Below, one piece after another: positions 54,937 to 64,000 of a DNA stretch of 64,000 nucleotides. Under the pieces are notes generated by a model. The model saw only the letters and a program-made list of their open reading frames with translations, searched no databases and was not told where the DNA came from. The translations under genes were made by a program, and so were the position numbers. Source of the stretch: Patescibacteria group bacterium (GTDB taxonomy: Archaea > Nanobdellota > Nanobdellia > Pacearchaeales > GW2011-AR1); the NCBI GenBank assembly GCA_019428815.1, contig JAHYJW010000003.1, forward strand, positions 20,617 to 84,616. The letters run 5' to 3'. Each line of letters opens with the position of its first letter. The stretch's first letter is position 1.

Positions 54937-55689
54937 ATGGACAAGGAAAATAAAAATTTAATTAAATATGAATTTTTGGATAGGTCTATTTTTTTTCCTG
55001 ATAAAGGCGTTTTGGTTTTAGGAGATATACACATTGGTTATGAACAAGCTTTAATTGATGCAGGGGTCTTAATCCCAAACAGACAAGTTAAAGATATAAT
55101 CTCTGATTTAAAAAAAATAATAAAGAAAATAAAAGATTCAAAATATAATCTGAAAGAAATTATTTTTTTAGGGGATATAAAACATCTTTTTAGTTATGCC
55201 TGGAAAGAAAAAGATAATTTAGACAAGATTGTTGAATTTTTAGAAGAGTATATTCCCCAAGAGAAAATTATTTTCATAAGGGGGAACCATGATACAACTG
55301 AAATTCATTCTAAAATAAAACTCAGGGATTTTTATATCCATGGAGAGATTGCATTTTTACATGGGCATAAATCTTTCTTAGAAATATTTGACAAAAAAAT
55401 AAAAGTTATAATAACCGGTCATCTCCATCCCTCAGTAATTTTGACAGAAGTTCCAGGAGTCAAAATTGAATCTTATAAATGTTTTCTGGAGGGCAGTTAT
55501 AAAAATAAAACTTTTATTGTACTCCCTAGTTTTATTAAGTTTGTTGAAGGAACTGCAATAAATGATTATGAAGAAATGTATTTAGAGTCATTTTCAATAA
55601 TCCCAAAAAGAGAAATAATGAACTTTAAGGTTTATATCCTGGGTGAGGAGCGCATTTATGAATTTGGGAAAGTTAAGGATTTTAATTGA
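54937..55689 (+). CDS. Lhr-associated metallophosphoesterase (MPE)
   Basis: DIHIG, GDIKH, GNHD, HGH, GHLHP, LPSF. Confidence 0.9.
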   Translation: MDKENKNLIKYEFLDRSIFFPDKGVLVLGDIHIGYEQALIDAGVLIPNRQVKDIISDLKKIIKKIKDSKYNLKEIIFLGDIKHLFSYAWKEKDNLDKIVEFLEEYIPQEKIIFIRGNHDTTEIHSKIKLRDFYIHGEIAFLHGHKSFLEIFDKKIKVIITGHLHPSVILTEVPGVKIESYKCFLEGSYKNKTFIVLPSFIKFVEGTAINDYEEMYLESFSIIPKREIMNFKVYILGEERIYEFGKVKDFN

Positions 55690-55694
55690 TAATA

Positions 55695-55765
55695 TGGGCC
55701 CGGAGGGAATCTAACCCCCTTCTCCTGGGCTGGAGCCAGGTATTCTTACGGTGAACTACGGACCC
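55695..55765 (-). tRNA. tRNA-Trp(CCA), intronless, with atypical D and T loops
   Basis: Reverse complement GGGTCCG TA GTTC ACCGTAA GAAT A CCTGG CTCCAGC CCAGG AGAA GGGGG TTAGATT CCCTC CGGGCCC A. Confidence 0.9.
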
Positions 55766-55889
55766 AAAATTTTAAAGGATAATCTTAACAATCTTAAATT
55801 ATTCTCTTCTATTAAAAATCTATCTTTTTAATATTAGTCTAGGCGGTTTAGTTAACCCAACTTATTCTAATTTAAATTAATCTTTTGAT

Positions 55890-56624
55890 TTAACCTAGTC
55901 TTTTGATTATTTCTATTTCTTCCTCAGAGATCGTTGAACCTTTATAACGAACTGCATAAAGAATTGCATCCAATGCCCTTTCATCATTTAAACCTAATAA
56001 TCCCTTTTTATGAGCTACATAAACAAGCTCAGGAGAGCGGATAACTTTTAAGTCTTTTAAAAAGTTAAGGTTTTCTCTCTTCCTAGATATTTTTACGTGG
56101 AGTTTTCCTTCTAAAAATTTTTCTAAGTGAGAAGGGTTCTCGATTAAAACTCGCGTATTTCTCTCATCAATGGCAATTACATTCTTTATTCCTTTTTTAT
56201 TAAGGATTTCACTTAAAGCTAAACAAGATGCCTCTCCTTCATGCATTATCTGAATATTCTGGTGGTTACCTTCAAAAGTAGAATTTGTGATATCTAATAT
56301 TTCTTTTGTTCTCTCAAAAATTTCAGAATCCTTAACCCCCATAGCTGATGGAAGTTCAATTACCCCCTCATCGAAAAGTTGTTTTACTTTCAAGGCTTCT
56401 AATTTGAATCTTTTTATTCCTAAGGGTTTGTCTATAACCTCTTTTTTGATTTCTGAAGTTATTAAAAAGTTTCCTTTAAAAACCCCTCTTAATCTTTTTA
56501 GGATATCTGTAATTCCGTTCATAGAAAAGTTGATTAATACCCCTGAATCAAAAATAATTGCTTTAGAATTATCTGTTTTTACTTGTGATTTTTCTTTGGA
56601 GATTAATTTTAAGACTTTTTTCAT
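55890..56624 (-). CDS. PIN-domain protein (DUF3368/COG2405-like)
   Basis: IIFDSGVLI, EIKKEV, HEGEASCLAL, IAIDER acidic PIN motifs. Confidence 0.7.
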   Translation of the reverse strand: MKKVLKLISKEKSQVKTDNSKAIIFDSGVLINFSMNGITDILKRLRGVFKGNFLITSEIKKEVIDKPLGIKRFKLEALKVKQLFDEGVIELPSAMGVKDSEIFERTKEILDITNSTFEGNHQNIQIMHEGEASCLALSEILNKKGIKNVIAIDERNTRVLIENPSHLEKFLEGKLHVKISRKRENLNFLKDLKVIRSPELVYVAHKKGLLGLNDERALDAILYAVRYKGSTISEEEIEIIKRLG

Positions 56625-57181
56625 TTGAAAATGTCCATCGCAAATTTAATTCTTGTTTTGACATTAAGGGCATTTTCTCCAGAGATTTCATGAAATTTAT
56701 TCCCCCTAGCATAATCTGTAAGCTCAAATAAAGTAACTCCTAAAAGTTTAGCAGTAATCCCCATAGAAATCCCGTGATTATAAATTTTAGACGCTTTATC
56801 TATACTTGCCCTTCTAAAAACTTCTTGAATATTCTCCTTAAGTTTTCCAGAAAGTTTCTCAATAAACTCCCGTATTTTACTGATATTCTCACGGTAGGAG
56901 TTGTCATCTTTATTTTTCAAAGCCTCAATTATTTTGTCAATTGAATCCAAGTATAATCTATAGAATTTCTCCCAACCAGGGAGTTTTTCATAATCCCCTC
57001 TTTCAAGCATCTCACTTAAAGAATAAACAATAACCGCGGCAGCGATATTATCCGGATCATGGGTTAAAGAAGCTGAATTTGTTGTTTGATCGCTTAATCT
57101 TCTAATTTCCCTGGAATCTTTTTTTACTACTGCGTTTTTTGTTTCCTGAAAAATTCTGAGGATATTCTCTCTTTCATACAT
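56621..57181 (-). CDS. Helical protein with a C-terminal UPF0175-like HTH
   Basis: GISMGITAKLLGVTLFEL; ATGA overlap with the PIN gene. Confidence 0.55.
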   Translation of the reverse strand: MYERENILRIFQETKNAVVKKDSREIRRLSDQTTNSASLTHDPDNIAAAVIVYSLSEMLERGDYEKLPGWEKFYRLYLDSIDKIIEALKNKDDNSYRENISKIREFIEKLSGKLKENIQEVFRRASIDKASKIYNHGISMGITAKLLGVTLFELTDYARGNKFHEISGENALNVKTRIKFAMDIFK

Positions 57182-57246
57182 ATTCCTTACTAGAAAAACA
57201 GATTAATAAAGGTTAACTTTTTATATTTCTATTTTATAATTTATTC

Positions 57247-57618
57247 ATGAAAAAAGTAATTCTTGACACTAATTTCATTTTAAGTTGCGTAAGACAAAGA
57301 ATAGATTTTTTTGAAGACATAAAATTTAGGGGTTTAAAGATTTTAATACCTACAGGAGTAATAAACGAATTAAAAAAATTGAAAAATTCCGGTAAAAAAC
57401 TTCACCTAAGGAACAATGCAGATCTAGCATTAAAAATATTAGAAAGGAGTAATTTTGAGAGTGTAGATCTTAGTTTAGAAAATGTTGATGATGGCCTTAT
57501 AGACTTCATAAATAAAAACCCAGAAGTGATTCTTGCAACATTAGATAGAGAACTTAAACGAAAAACGAAAAAACCGAAATTAGTTATAAGGGGGAAGAAA
57601 AAACTAGAAATCATATAA
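57247..57618 (+). CDS. PIN-domain protein (Fcf1/Utp24-like)
   Basis: VILDTNF, VINEL, VDD, LATLDREL; usual position upstream of rpoE. Confidence 0.88.
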   Translation: MKKVILDTNFILSCVRQRIDFFEDIKFRGLKILIPTGVINELKKLKNSGKKLHLRNNADLALKILERSNFESVDLSLENVDDGLIDFINKNPEVILATLDRELKRKTKKPKLVIRGKKKLEII

Positions 57619-57683
57619 TAACCTTTAAAAACCGATTTTTATTATCTTAACTAAGATTTATAAACAATAAACTATGCCCATTT

Positions 57684-58301
57684 TTGAAAATGTTCTATTT
57701 AGCAGATATTGAAGATTATGTGAGAGTTGAACCAAAGTTTTTTGGTTTGCCTACTCTTGAGGCTGTAGAAAAACAGTTAGAGGGAATTTATGCAGATTAT
57801 TATGATAAAGAAATCGGGAAAGTGGTATCTGTTATTGATGTTGTGTCAGTAGGAGAGGGAGTTATCATACCCGGAGATGGCGCAGCGTATTACAACACTC
57901 AATTCAAACTCCTTATCTGGAAACCTGAGGTTCATGAGATTGTTTACGGAACTATTGCAGAGATAACAACTTTTGGTGCATTTATTGACATGGGGGTAAT
58001 GAGGGGGATGATTCATATAAGTCAAACAATGGAAGATTACGTAAGTTTTGATAAAACTAATAATCTCACCGGAAAGTCTACAAAAAGAAGTTTAAAACAA
58101 GGTGATATGTGCCTTGCAAGAATTGTTGCAATAAGCCATAGAGGAAACGAACCTAAAATGGGGCTTACAATGAGACAACCAGGGTTAGGTAAACTAGAGT
58201 GGATTAAAGAAGAACAAATCAAAAAGGAAAGAGAATCTCAAAGAGCTTTAAAAGCAGGATCAAAAGGAGAAAAAGAGAATAAGGGAGGAAAGAAAAAATA
58301 A
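57684..58301 (+). CDS. rpoE1: RNA polymerase subunit E' (Rpo7)
   Basis: GEGVIIPGDGAAY, FGAFI, HISQ, LTMRQPGLGK. Confidence 0.96.
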   Translation: MKMFYLADIEDYVRVEPKFFGLPTLEAVEKQLEGIYADYYDKEIGKVVSVIDVVSVGEGVIIPGDGAAYYNTQFKLLIWKPEVHEIVYGTIAEITTFGAFIDMGVMRGMIHISQTMEDYVSFDKTNNLTGKSTKRSLKQGDMCLARIVAISHRGNEPKMGLTMRQPGLGKLEWIKEEQIKKERESQRALKAGSKGEKENKGGKKK

Positions 58302-58302
58302 G

Positions 58303-58554
58303 ATGGTAATTGAAGAATTATTGAGTAATCCTTATATGGGAATTTTAGTCTCTGTTCTTTTATTCTGGGAGTTGGTTTGGAAAGGGCTTGCTTTATGGAA
58401 TTCTGCAAGAAGAAATCATTTAATTTGGTTTATGTTTATTTTAGTCATAAATAGTGTTGGGATATTACCAATAATTTATTTACTGATTCATAAAAAAGAT
58501 AAGAAAAATAAAAAAAGCGAGAACAAAAAGAATGGTAAAACAAAGAGCATGTAA
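58303..58554 (+). CDS. DUF5652-like membrane protein
   Basis: WELVWKGLALWNSAR...WF...NSVGILPIIY. Confidence 0.8.
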   Translation: MVIEELLSNPYMGILVSVLLFWELVWKGLALWNSARRNHLIWFMFILVINSVGILPIIYLLIHKKDKKNKKSENKKNGKTKSM

Positions 58555-58720
58555 AATTTGTAATAGAATCTTCGAGGGAGAAAAATGCCCTAATTGTGAT
58601 TCTAAAGATTTTACAGAGGGATTCAAGGGTAGAGTTTATATCATAGACCCTGAAAAATCTGAGATAGCAAAAAAACTTAATTTAAAAGTTAAAGGAAATC
58701 ATGCTGTTAAAACAAGGTAA
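58532..58720 (+). CDS. spt4: Transcription elongation factor Spt4 (RpoE'')
   Basis: ACKIC...CPNC Zn ribbon; DPEKSEIAK. Confidence 0.95.
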   Translation: MVKQRACKICNRIFEGEKCPNCDSKDFTEGFKGRVYIIDPEKSEIAKKLNLKVKGNHAVKTR

Positions 58721-58746
58721 TTTTAAGGAGTTTTAAAAAATTTAAA

Positions 58747-59133
58747 ATGGAAATAAAAATAACTGAAAAAAAAGAAAATGAACTTTTCAACAGAAAAGAA
58801 ATTAAAGGAATTGTTGAGGCAAAAATAACTCCAAGTAGGGTCGATGTAACAGAATCACTTTCAAAAGAATTATCTGTTCCCTTTGAGAATATAAAAATAA
58901 AGGGAATAAACGGAAGATTTGGAACAAAGATTTTCGAAATTAATGCTTTTATTTATTCTTCAAAAGAAGAAAAAGATAAAATTGAGTTAAAAAAGAAAAA
59001 AGATGCTGAAAGAGAAAAAAGAATAGAAGAAGAAAAAAAGGAGCAAGAACAAAAAGTTGAAAAGGCTGAAGAGGAAATTGAATTAAAAGAAAAAGAAAAA
59101 TCTGAGACAGTTGATGAAGTTAATAAAGATTAG
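58747..59133 (+). CDS. rps24e: 30S ribosomal protein eS24 with an acidic tail
   Basis: NELFNRKEI, TPSR, GRFG. Confidence 0.9.
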   Translation: MEIKITEKKENELFNRKEIKGIVEAKITPSRVDVTESLSKELSVPFENIKIKGINGRFGTKIFEINAFIYSSKEEKDKIELKKKKDAEREKRIEEEKKEQEQKVEKAEEEIELKEKEKSETVDEVNKD

Positions 59134-59183
59134 ATATTCACAAAAAAAATCAATTAAAAAAGAGAATAATATTTTAAAACAAA

Positions 59184-59402
59184 ATGCCAAAAAAAATAGT
59201 AAAAAAGGGTAAAAAGCCACATAAAAATAAAAAAACAAGTAAAAAGTATACAAAATACAAAATTGAGGGAGATAAGGTCACAAGATCCAGATTTTGTCCT
59301 AGATGTGGCCCAGGTGTGTTCTTAATGGATTCTCAAGGAAGATTTTATTGCGGAAAATGTCATTACTCCGAATTTAAGAGTAAAGAAGAGATGAAAAAAT
59401 AA
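59184..59402 (+). CDS. rps27ae: 30S ribosomal protein eS31/S27ae
   Basis: CPRCGPGVFL...YCGKCHY. Confidence 0.95.
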   Translation: MPKKIVKKGKKPHKNKKTSKKYTKYKIEGDKVTRSRFCPRCGPGVFLMDSQGRFYCGKCHYSEFKSKEEMKK

Positions 59403-59451
59403 GAAGAAGGAATAAAATATTTCTTATAAATTTAATAAATAATTTTAATGT

Positions 59452-59489
59452 ATAGTTCTAATAGATAGTTCTAATAGATAGTTCTAATA
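59452..59489. repeat. 13-bp tandem repeat, about 3 copies
   Basis: ATAGTTCTAATAG twice, then ATAGTTCTAATA. Confidence 0.85.
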
Positions 59490-59565
59490 TTAGATTCGGT
59501 ATAAAAACTTCAAACTGATTTTAAAATCTTAAGAAAATGATTTTTAAAGAAGGGCGCATTAATAA

Positions 59566-60144
59566 TTAATAATTCTCAACAAAAACCTCATAATATGCCT
59601 GGGGGTGTTTACATGCAGGGCATAATAAAGGGGCTTCATCCCCTTCATGGATATAACCACAATTCCTACATTTCCATTTAATGGGTTTTTCTTTCTTAAA
59701 AACTTGTTTGTTTTTTAGGTTTTCTAACAACTTCAGGTATCTCTCTTCATGTTTCTCTTCTACTTCTGAAATCTCTTTAAAAGAAATAGCTATCTCTTCA
59801 AATCCTTCTTTTTTTGCAGTTTCTTCAAATTTAGGGTATAGATCTGACCATTCTTCTTTTTCACCTTCTGCAGCAGATAAAAGGTTCTCTTCAGTTATTC
59901 CAATTCTTCCAGAAGGATAAATAGCTGTGATTTCCAAAGGAGCTCCAATCTCATTCAAATACTTAAAAAAAACTTTAGCGTGTTCTTTTTCATTATCTGC
60001 AGTTTCTAAAAAGATAGATGATATTTGTTCATAACCTTCTTTTTTAGCCACACCCGCAAAATAAGTGTATCGATTTCTTGCTTGGCTTTCTCCTGCAAAT
60101 GCTTTTAGTAAATTTTTTTCTGTCTCACTCCCTTTTAATTCCAT
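59566..60144 (-). CDS. rbr: Rubrerythrin
   Basis: AFAGESQARNRY, NEKEHA, EEKHEERY, CRNCGY...CPAC. Confidence 0.97.
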   Translation of the reverse strand: MELKGSETEKNLLKAFAGESQARNRYTYFAGVAKKEGYEQISSIFLETADNEKEHAKVFFKYLNEIGAPLEITAIYPSGRIGITEENLLSAAEGEKEEWSDLYPKFEETAKKEGFEEIAISFKEISEVEEKHEERYLKLLENLKNKQVFKKEKPIKWKCRNCGYIHEGDEAPLLCPACKHPQAYYEVFVENY

Positions 60145-60276
60145 TATAACAAAAAAAAGGGGGAGTTTATAAAATTTTTGTTCAAAAGAAAGGGGCTAAT
60201 TACAATTCTAGAGGTAAGTTAAAATTTAAATAGAAATAATAAAAGACGAAATAAACTATTTTAAAATATTTTCAAA

Positions 60277-60344
60277 CCCTGGGATAGATGCCTTAAGCAA
60301 CAAACAGTAGCCTAAGACCTCTATCCTGGGGAAAAAGAGGTGAT
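60277..60344 (-). ncRNA. Candidate small RNA: 5' anti-SD-like sequence plus a 55-nt hairpin
   Basis: Minus-strand BRE-TATA CGAAACATTTAAATA (60380-60366); predicted start near 60344; long imperfect GC-rich hairpin at 60277-60331. Confidence 0.4.
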
Positions 60345-60661
60345 AAATATTAGAGATTCTAAGACTATTTAAATGTTTCGTTATTGTTACTCTTTCAAAA
60401 TGACATTCAAGGATTATACAAAAGTAGTAATTATATCTTGATTTTCTTTTAAAAAGCTATCTTTTTTAGCATTTTTAACTCTTAGGGCCTTATTTTTCAA
60501 GAAAGAATAACCTAAAATCAAAGATTTATTATTATTTTTAAACCTAAAGTTTAATTTTAAAGTTTTTTTTAAGGAAGTTTTTATAGTTTTAAGGAATTCT
60601 ATCGGAATTATTAACGATTTAACACATCAAGTTTATAAAAACAAGATGTTTTTAGGATGTT

Positions 60662-61594
60662 ATGGATAAAATAAAAGAGGTTATGGAGAATATTGGGAAT
60701 AATAATTCTAAACAAGAGCAGATACAAGACTTATTATTTAATAGGGAAATCGGTTGGCAAGAAATTATTTATGATTTAATTAACACAGAACAGTTAGATC
60801 CTTGGGATATTAATATTACTCTTCTTTCAGATAGATATTTAGAAAAAATAAAGGAATTAGAAGAAGCGGATTTCTTTATTTCTGGTAAAGTTTTACTTGC
60901 TGCTTCCCTTTTACTAAGAATAAAATCAGAAATTTTGTTGAATAAGTACATAAAGAGTATTGATGAAATATTATTTGGTAATAAAAATAAGGGTCAATCA
61001 GAAATCTCAAATGATTTAAGGGAAAATCCTGTTCTTGGAATTGAATTTGAAGAATCAATGCCAGAATTAATTCCAAAAAGTCCAGTCCCTCGTTTTAAGA
61101 AAGTCACATTACAAGAATTAATGGACTCTTTGAATAAAGCCATTGTTACAGAAAATAGGAGAATCAAAAGAAAAATTTCTGAAAAAAATGCGCTTAGAGA
61201 AAGTTCTTTTTCAATGCCAAAGAGTAAGATAAGGGTAAAAGATCGGATAAAAGACATATACAAAAATCTTTTAAAAAATTTAAGAGACGACCAAAGAAAA
61301 ATGAAAGTTTCCTTCACAGAGATTGTAGGAGAAAAGAAAGAAGATAGAGTCTTTTCATTTTATCCTTTATTACATCTTGAACATCAACAAAAAATTTGGT
61401 TAGAACAGGAAGGCCATTTTGAAGAAGTTTATATCTGGTTAAAAGACGTTTACTTTAAGAATAATCCAAATCCCTTTGAAGGTTTAAATGAAGATATTGA
61501 AAAAGAGATAGAAGAACTAAAAGTTGAAAAGAAGAAAAGAATTAATAAAAATAACAAAGTTTTTGAAAATCCTTTAGGAAAGATGTTTGATTAG
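60662..61594 (+). CDS. scpA: Kleisin ScpA (condensin subunit)
   Basis: LDPWDINI..L...YL, SGKVLLAASLLLRIKS, VTLQELM, LLHL...Q...F..VYI. Confidence 0.93.
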   Translation: MDKIKEVMENIGNNNSKQEQIQDLLFNREIGWQEIIYDLINTEQLDPWDINITLLSDRYLEKIKELEEADFFISGKVLLAASLLLRIKSEILLNKYIKSIDEILFGNKNKGQSEISNDLRENPVLGIEFEESMPELIPKSPVPRFKKVTLQELMDSLNKAIVTENRRIKRKISEKNALRESSFSMPKSKIRVKDRIKDIYKNLLKNLRDDQRKMKVSFTEIVGEKKEDRVFSFYPLLHLEHQQKIWLEQEGHFEEVYIWLKDVYFKNNPNPFEGLNEDIEKEIEELKVEKKKRINKNNKVFENPLGKMFD

Positions 61595-61767
61595 ATTAAA
61601 AAACTAAATAGAATTTGGTTAATTTATCAATGCTTTTTAGGAAAATGTTTCTTATAACAACTATCTTAAGTTGTATACATTCTTTCTTATGGTTTAAAGA
61701 ATTATATTTTACAAAACCCTCATATAAGCATAAGATATCTTAAAAACTAAAAAAAGCTTATTTCTTA

Positions 61768-62436
61768 ATGAAACTTGGCGTTTTATTTTCTGGAGGAAAA
61801 GATTCTTTATTTGCTTCTTGGTTAATGAAAGAAAAGGGTCATGAAATAGCCTGCCTTATCACACTCCAGTCTTCTAATCCTGATAGTTATATGTTCCATA
61901 CGCCTTCTATAAAAAAAACTAAATATCAGGCCGATATTATGAACATTCCCTTAATCTTAAAAAAAACTAAAGGGATAAAAGAAAAAGAGTTATCTGATTT
62001 AGAAAATGCTATTAGATCTGCAATTGAAAAATACCGCATTGAGGGGATTATTACAGGTGCAATTCATTCAAAGTATCAAAAATCAAGAATATTGAAAATT
62101 TGTAAAAAATTAAAAATTAAATGCTTCAATCCCCTGTGGAATAAAAATCAATTTGATTATCTAGAGGAAATAATAAAAAATAAATTTAAGGTGATTATAG
62201 TTTCAGTTGCTGCTTATCCTTTAAATGCGTCTTGGTTAGGAAGAGAAATTAATCAGAAGTTTATAGATGATATAAAAGAACTTTACGAGAGATACAAGGT
62301 TCATCCCGCAGGAGAAGGGGGAGAATTTGAGACTTTTGTAATTGATTGCCCTCTTTTTAAAAAACCTTTAAGGATAAAGGGAGCAAATTTTACAGGTGAA
62401 GGGAATAGCTGGAAGATGGAATTAGACATAGCTTGA
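61768..62436 (+). CDS. dph6: Diphthine--ammonia ligase (Dph6, PP-loop)
   Basis: FSGGKDS, SYMFH, SKYQKSR, PLW, GEGGEFETFV. Confidence 0.93.
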   Translation: MKLGVLFSGGKDSLFASWLMKEKGHEIACLITLQSSNPDSYMFHTPSIKKTKYQADIMNIPLILKKTKGIKEKELSDLENAIRSAIEKYRIEGIITGAIHSKYQKSRILKICKKLKIKCFNPLWNKNQFDYLEEIIKNKFKVIIVSVAAYPLNASWLGREINQKFIDDIKELYERYKVHPAGEGGEFETFVIDCPLFKKPLRIKGANFTGEGNSWKMELDIA

Positions 62437-62517
62437 AACTTATAACCAAAAAAAGAAAAAACTTTAATTTTTATGATAAAGAAAAAATAAAGATAAGTTA
62501 ACAAAAGGATAACACCC

Positions 62518-63651
62518 CTAATTAAAATCGCTAGGGGATTCTTTTCCAGATTTCATATCTTTAATATTAAAAGAATTGTTTCTCACTTCCTTTTTCCCAA
62601 TAAAAATAACCTTCTGAAAGTTATAGGAATTAGCATATTCAAGTGCTTTTGAGGGTTTTCCATAATACAAAGAAACAATTTCCCCCTGATTTCTTAATTT
62701 TTGTGCTAATTTAATTGACTCTTTATCTTCATCTAAGGATATAATAAGAGATTTTGTTATCTCTATTTTTTCTTTTGATAAAAGAGCGATTCTGTCTAAT
62801 CCAAAGGACAATCCAGTACATTTAACATTCTTAATAGAATAACTACCCCCGCCACAAATTGATTCTTTCATCTTAGGAGAAACAACTTCAAAAACAGTTC
62901 CATTATAGTAGGCTAAACCCCTTGTTAGATAAGGTTCAAAAGAAATATTAATATCATAAAGTTTACAAAAGTCTATAATCTCTACGATTTTTTTGTAACC
63001 CTTTAGTTTTTTAAGTAAGGGATTATCCTTCTTAAGGAAAGAAATAATTTTTTCTGCTCCAAGAGATTTTAAATTTTCTTTAACTTTTTTTTCTCCAATT
63101 TTTTTTATTTTATCAATTTCCCTAAGGACTTTTTCTCTTTTGTTCTTATCGATTTTTAATTCTTCTAAAGCCTCATTTAATAATTCACGGCTATTCAAAA
63201 GAATCTTAAAATCTATGTCTAATCTTTTCATAACTTCTGAGCATAATTTTAAAATTTCTGCTTCATCTCTAAAATCAGAACCAACTATATCAACATCACA
63301 TTGAGTGAATTGTCTAAACCTGTTTTTTGAAGTAGGTTCATCTCTAAATACTTCTCCAATTTGGTATCTTTTGTAAGGCAGTTTTTTATTTTTAATTATT
63401 CTCTTAAGTTGAAAAGTGAACTCATATCTCAAAGCTAATTCTCTTTTACCTTTATCTCTCAGTCTGAATAAATCTGAAATAACTTCATCATTTTGATTAT
63501 TTTCTTTAACAAAATTTTCATACTCAATTATGGGGGTTTCTGCTGGTTCAAAACCAAATGATTCAAAAGTTTCCACTAGAATATTCTTTATTCTTGACCT
63601 TTTTATTGCGTCTTTCCCTAAAAAATCCTTAAATCCTTTTACTGTTTCCAA
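62518..63651 (-). CDS. hisS: Histidyl-tRNA synthetase
   Basis: VKGFKDF, LRYEFT, FRDE...RFRQFTQCD, RGLAYYNG, GGG, FGLDR. Confidence 0.95.
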   Translation of the reverse strand: METVKGFKDFLGKDAIKRSRIKNILVETFESFGFEPAETPIIEYENFVKENNQNDEVISDLFRLRDKGKRELALRYEFTFQLKRIIKNKKLPYKRYQIGEVFRDEPTSKNRFRQFTQCDVDIVGSDFRDEAEILKLCSEVMKRLDIDFKILLNSRELLNEALEELKIDKNKREKVLREIDKIKKIGEKKVKENLKSLGAEKIISFLKKDNPLLKKLKGYKKIVEIIDFCKLYDINISFEPYLTRGLAYYNGTVFEVVSPKMKESICGGGSYSIKNVKCTGLSFGLDRIALLSKEKIEITKSLIISLDEDKESIKLAQKLRNQGEIVSLYYGKPSKALEYANSYNFQKVIFIGKKEVRNNSFNIKDMKSGKESPSDFN

Positions 63652-63853
63652 TTTAATTTATCTCTCTTCAAGATTAAAAAAATTAATCTAAAGAGACGTT
63701 TTAATTATTGGTGATTTATAGAATTTAAACTATTAAAAGGTTTAGAAAAATTTCCACCATAAAATCCCAAAAGAATTATCTTAAAAGGGGGGATGTAGTA
63801 ATAAAGAAATTGAATTGTATTTCTTTCCCTTTTACTTCTTATTAGAATTTTAT

Positions 63854-64000
63854 TTAACGAGTAAACAAAGAGCTAAAAATCGGTATCATGAAAAATGCTG
63901 TGATAAAATTAGCTAAAAAAGAGATAAAAAAAGCTTTTTTGTATTTGATTTTGAAGAATATCATAACAAATGCAGATTCTATAATGATTACCCCAATTTC
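63854..64000 (-). CDS. 3' end of a membrane protein (start lies outside the window)
   Basis: Open frame EIGVIIIESAFVMIFFKIKYKKAFFISFLANFITAFFMIPIFSSLFTR*. Confidence 0.65.
   Translation of the reverse strand, partial: EIGVIIIESAFVMIFFKIKYKKAFFISFLANFITAFFMIPIFSSLFTR

Noticed and set aside
55695..55765. UGA recoding suggested by the odd tRNA-Trp
   Set aside because: The anticodon is CCA, and conserved genes such as rpoH and dph6 end at TGA at their expected C-termini
59452..59489. CRISPR array
   Set aside because: Short head-to-tail repeats without spacers; no cas genes

Overview
A low-GC archaeal chromosomal segment that is mostly core genes. It is most likely from a DPANN archaeon, probably Pacearchaeota-like; this is an inference from the divergent rRNA, the fused and shortened RpoA, the form III RuBisCO and the pattern of gene losses. 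In order, the window holds: a carbamoyltransferase/SxtJ/SxtK-like, SGNH and deacetylase locus; the Pop5-proteasome-SBDS-exosome-rpoK-eno-rps2 superoperon; 16S, tRNA-Ala, two small ORFs and 23S (no 5S seen); an RNase P RNA; a RuBisCO-gap-pgk-pgi-fba-tpi-(SDR)-pfkB-Nudix carbon cluster; the rpoH-rpoB-rpoA-nusA-rps12-rps7-fusA-tuf cluster; nrdR-nrdJ-trx with tandem NrdR boxes; lhr-MPE; rpoE-spt4-rps24e-rps27ae; rubrerythrin, scpA, dph6 and hisS. There are four intronless tRNAs without encoded CCA. The most notable observations are RuBisCO heading a near-complete EMP/gluconeogenesis gene run, several substitutions at normally invariant peptidyl-transferase-centre and decoding nucleotides, a remodelled RNase P RNA, and a candidate sRNA with a 5' anti-SD sequence. 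All calls come from motif recognition by eye; no searches were run.
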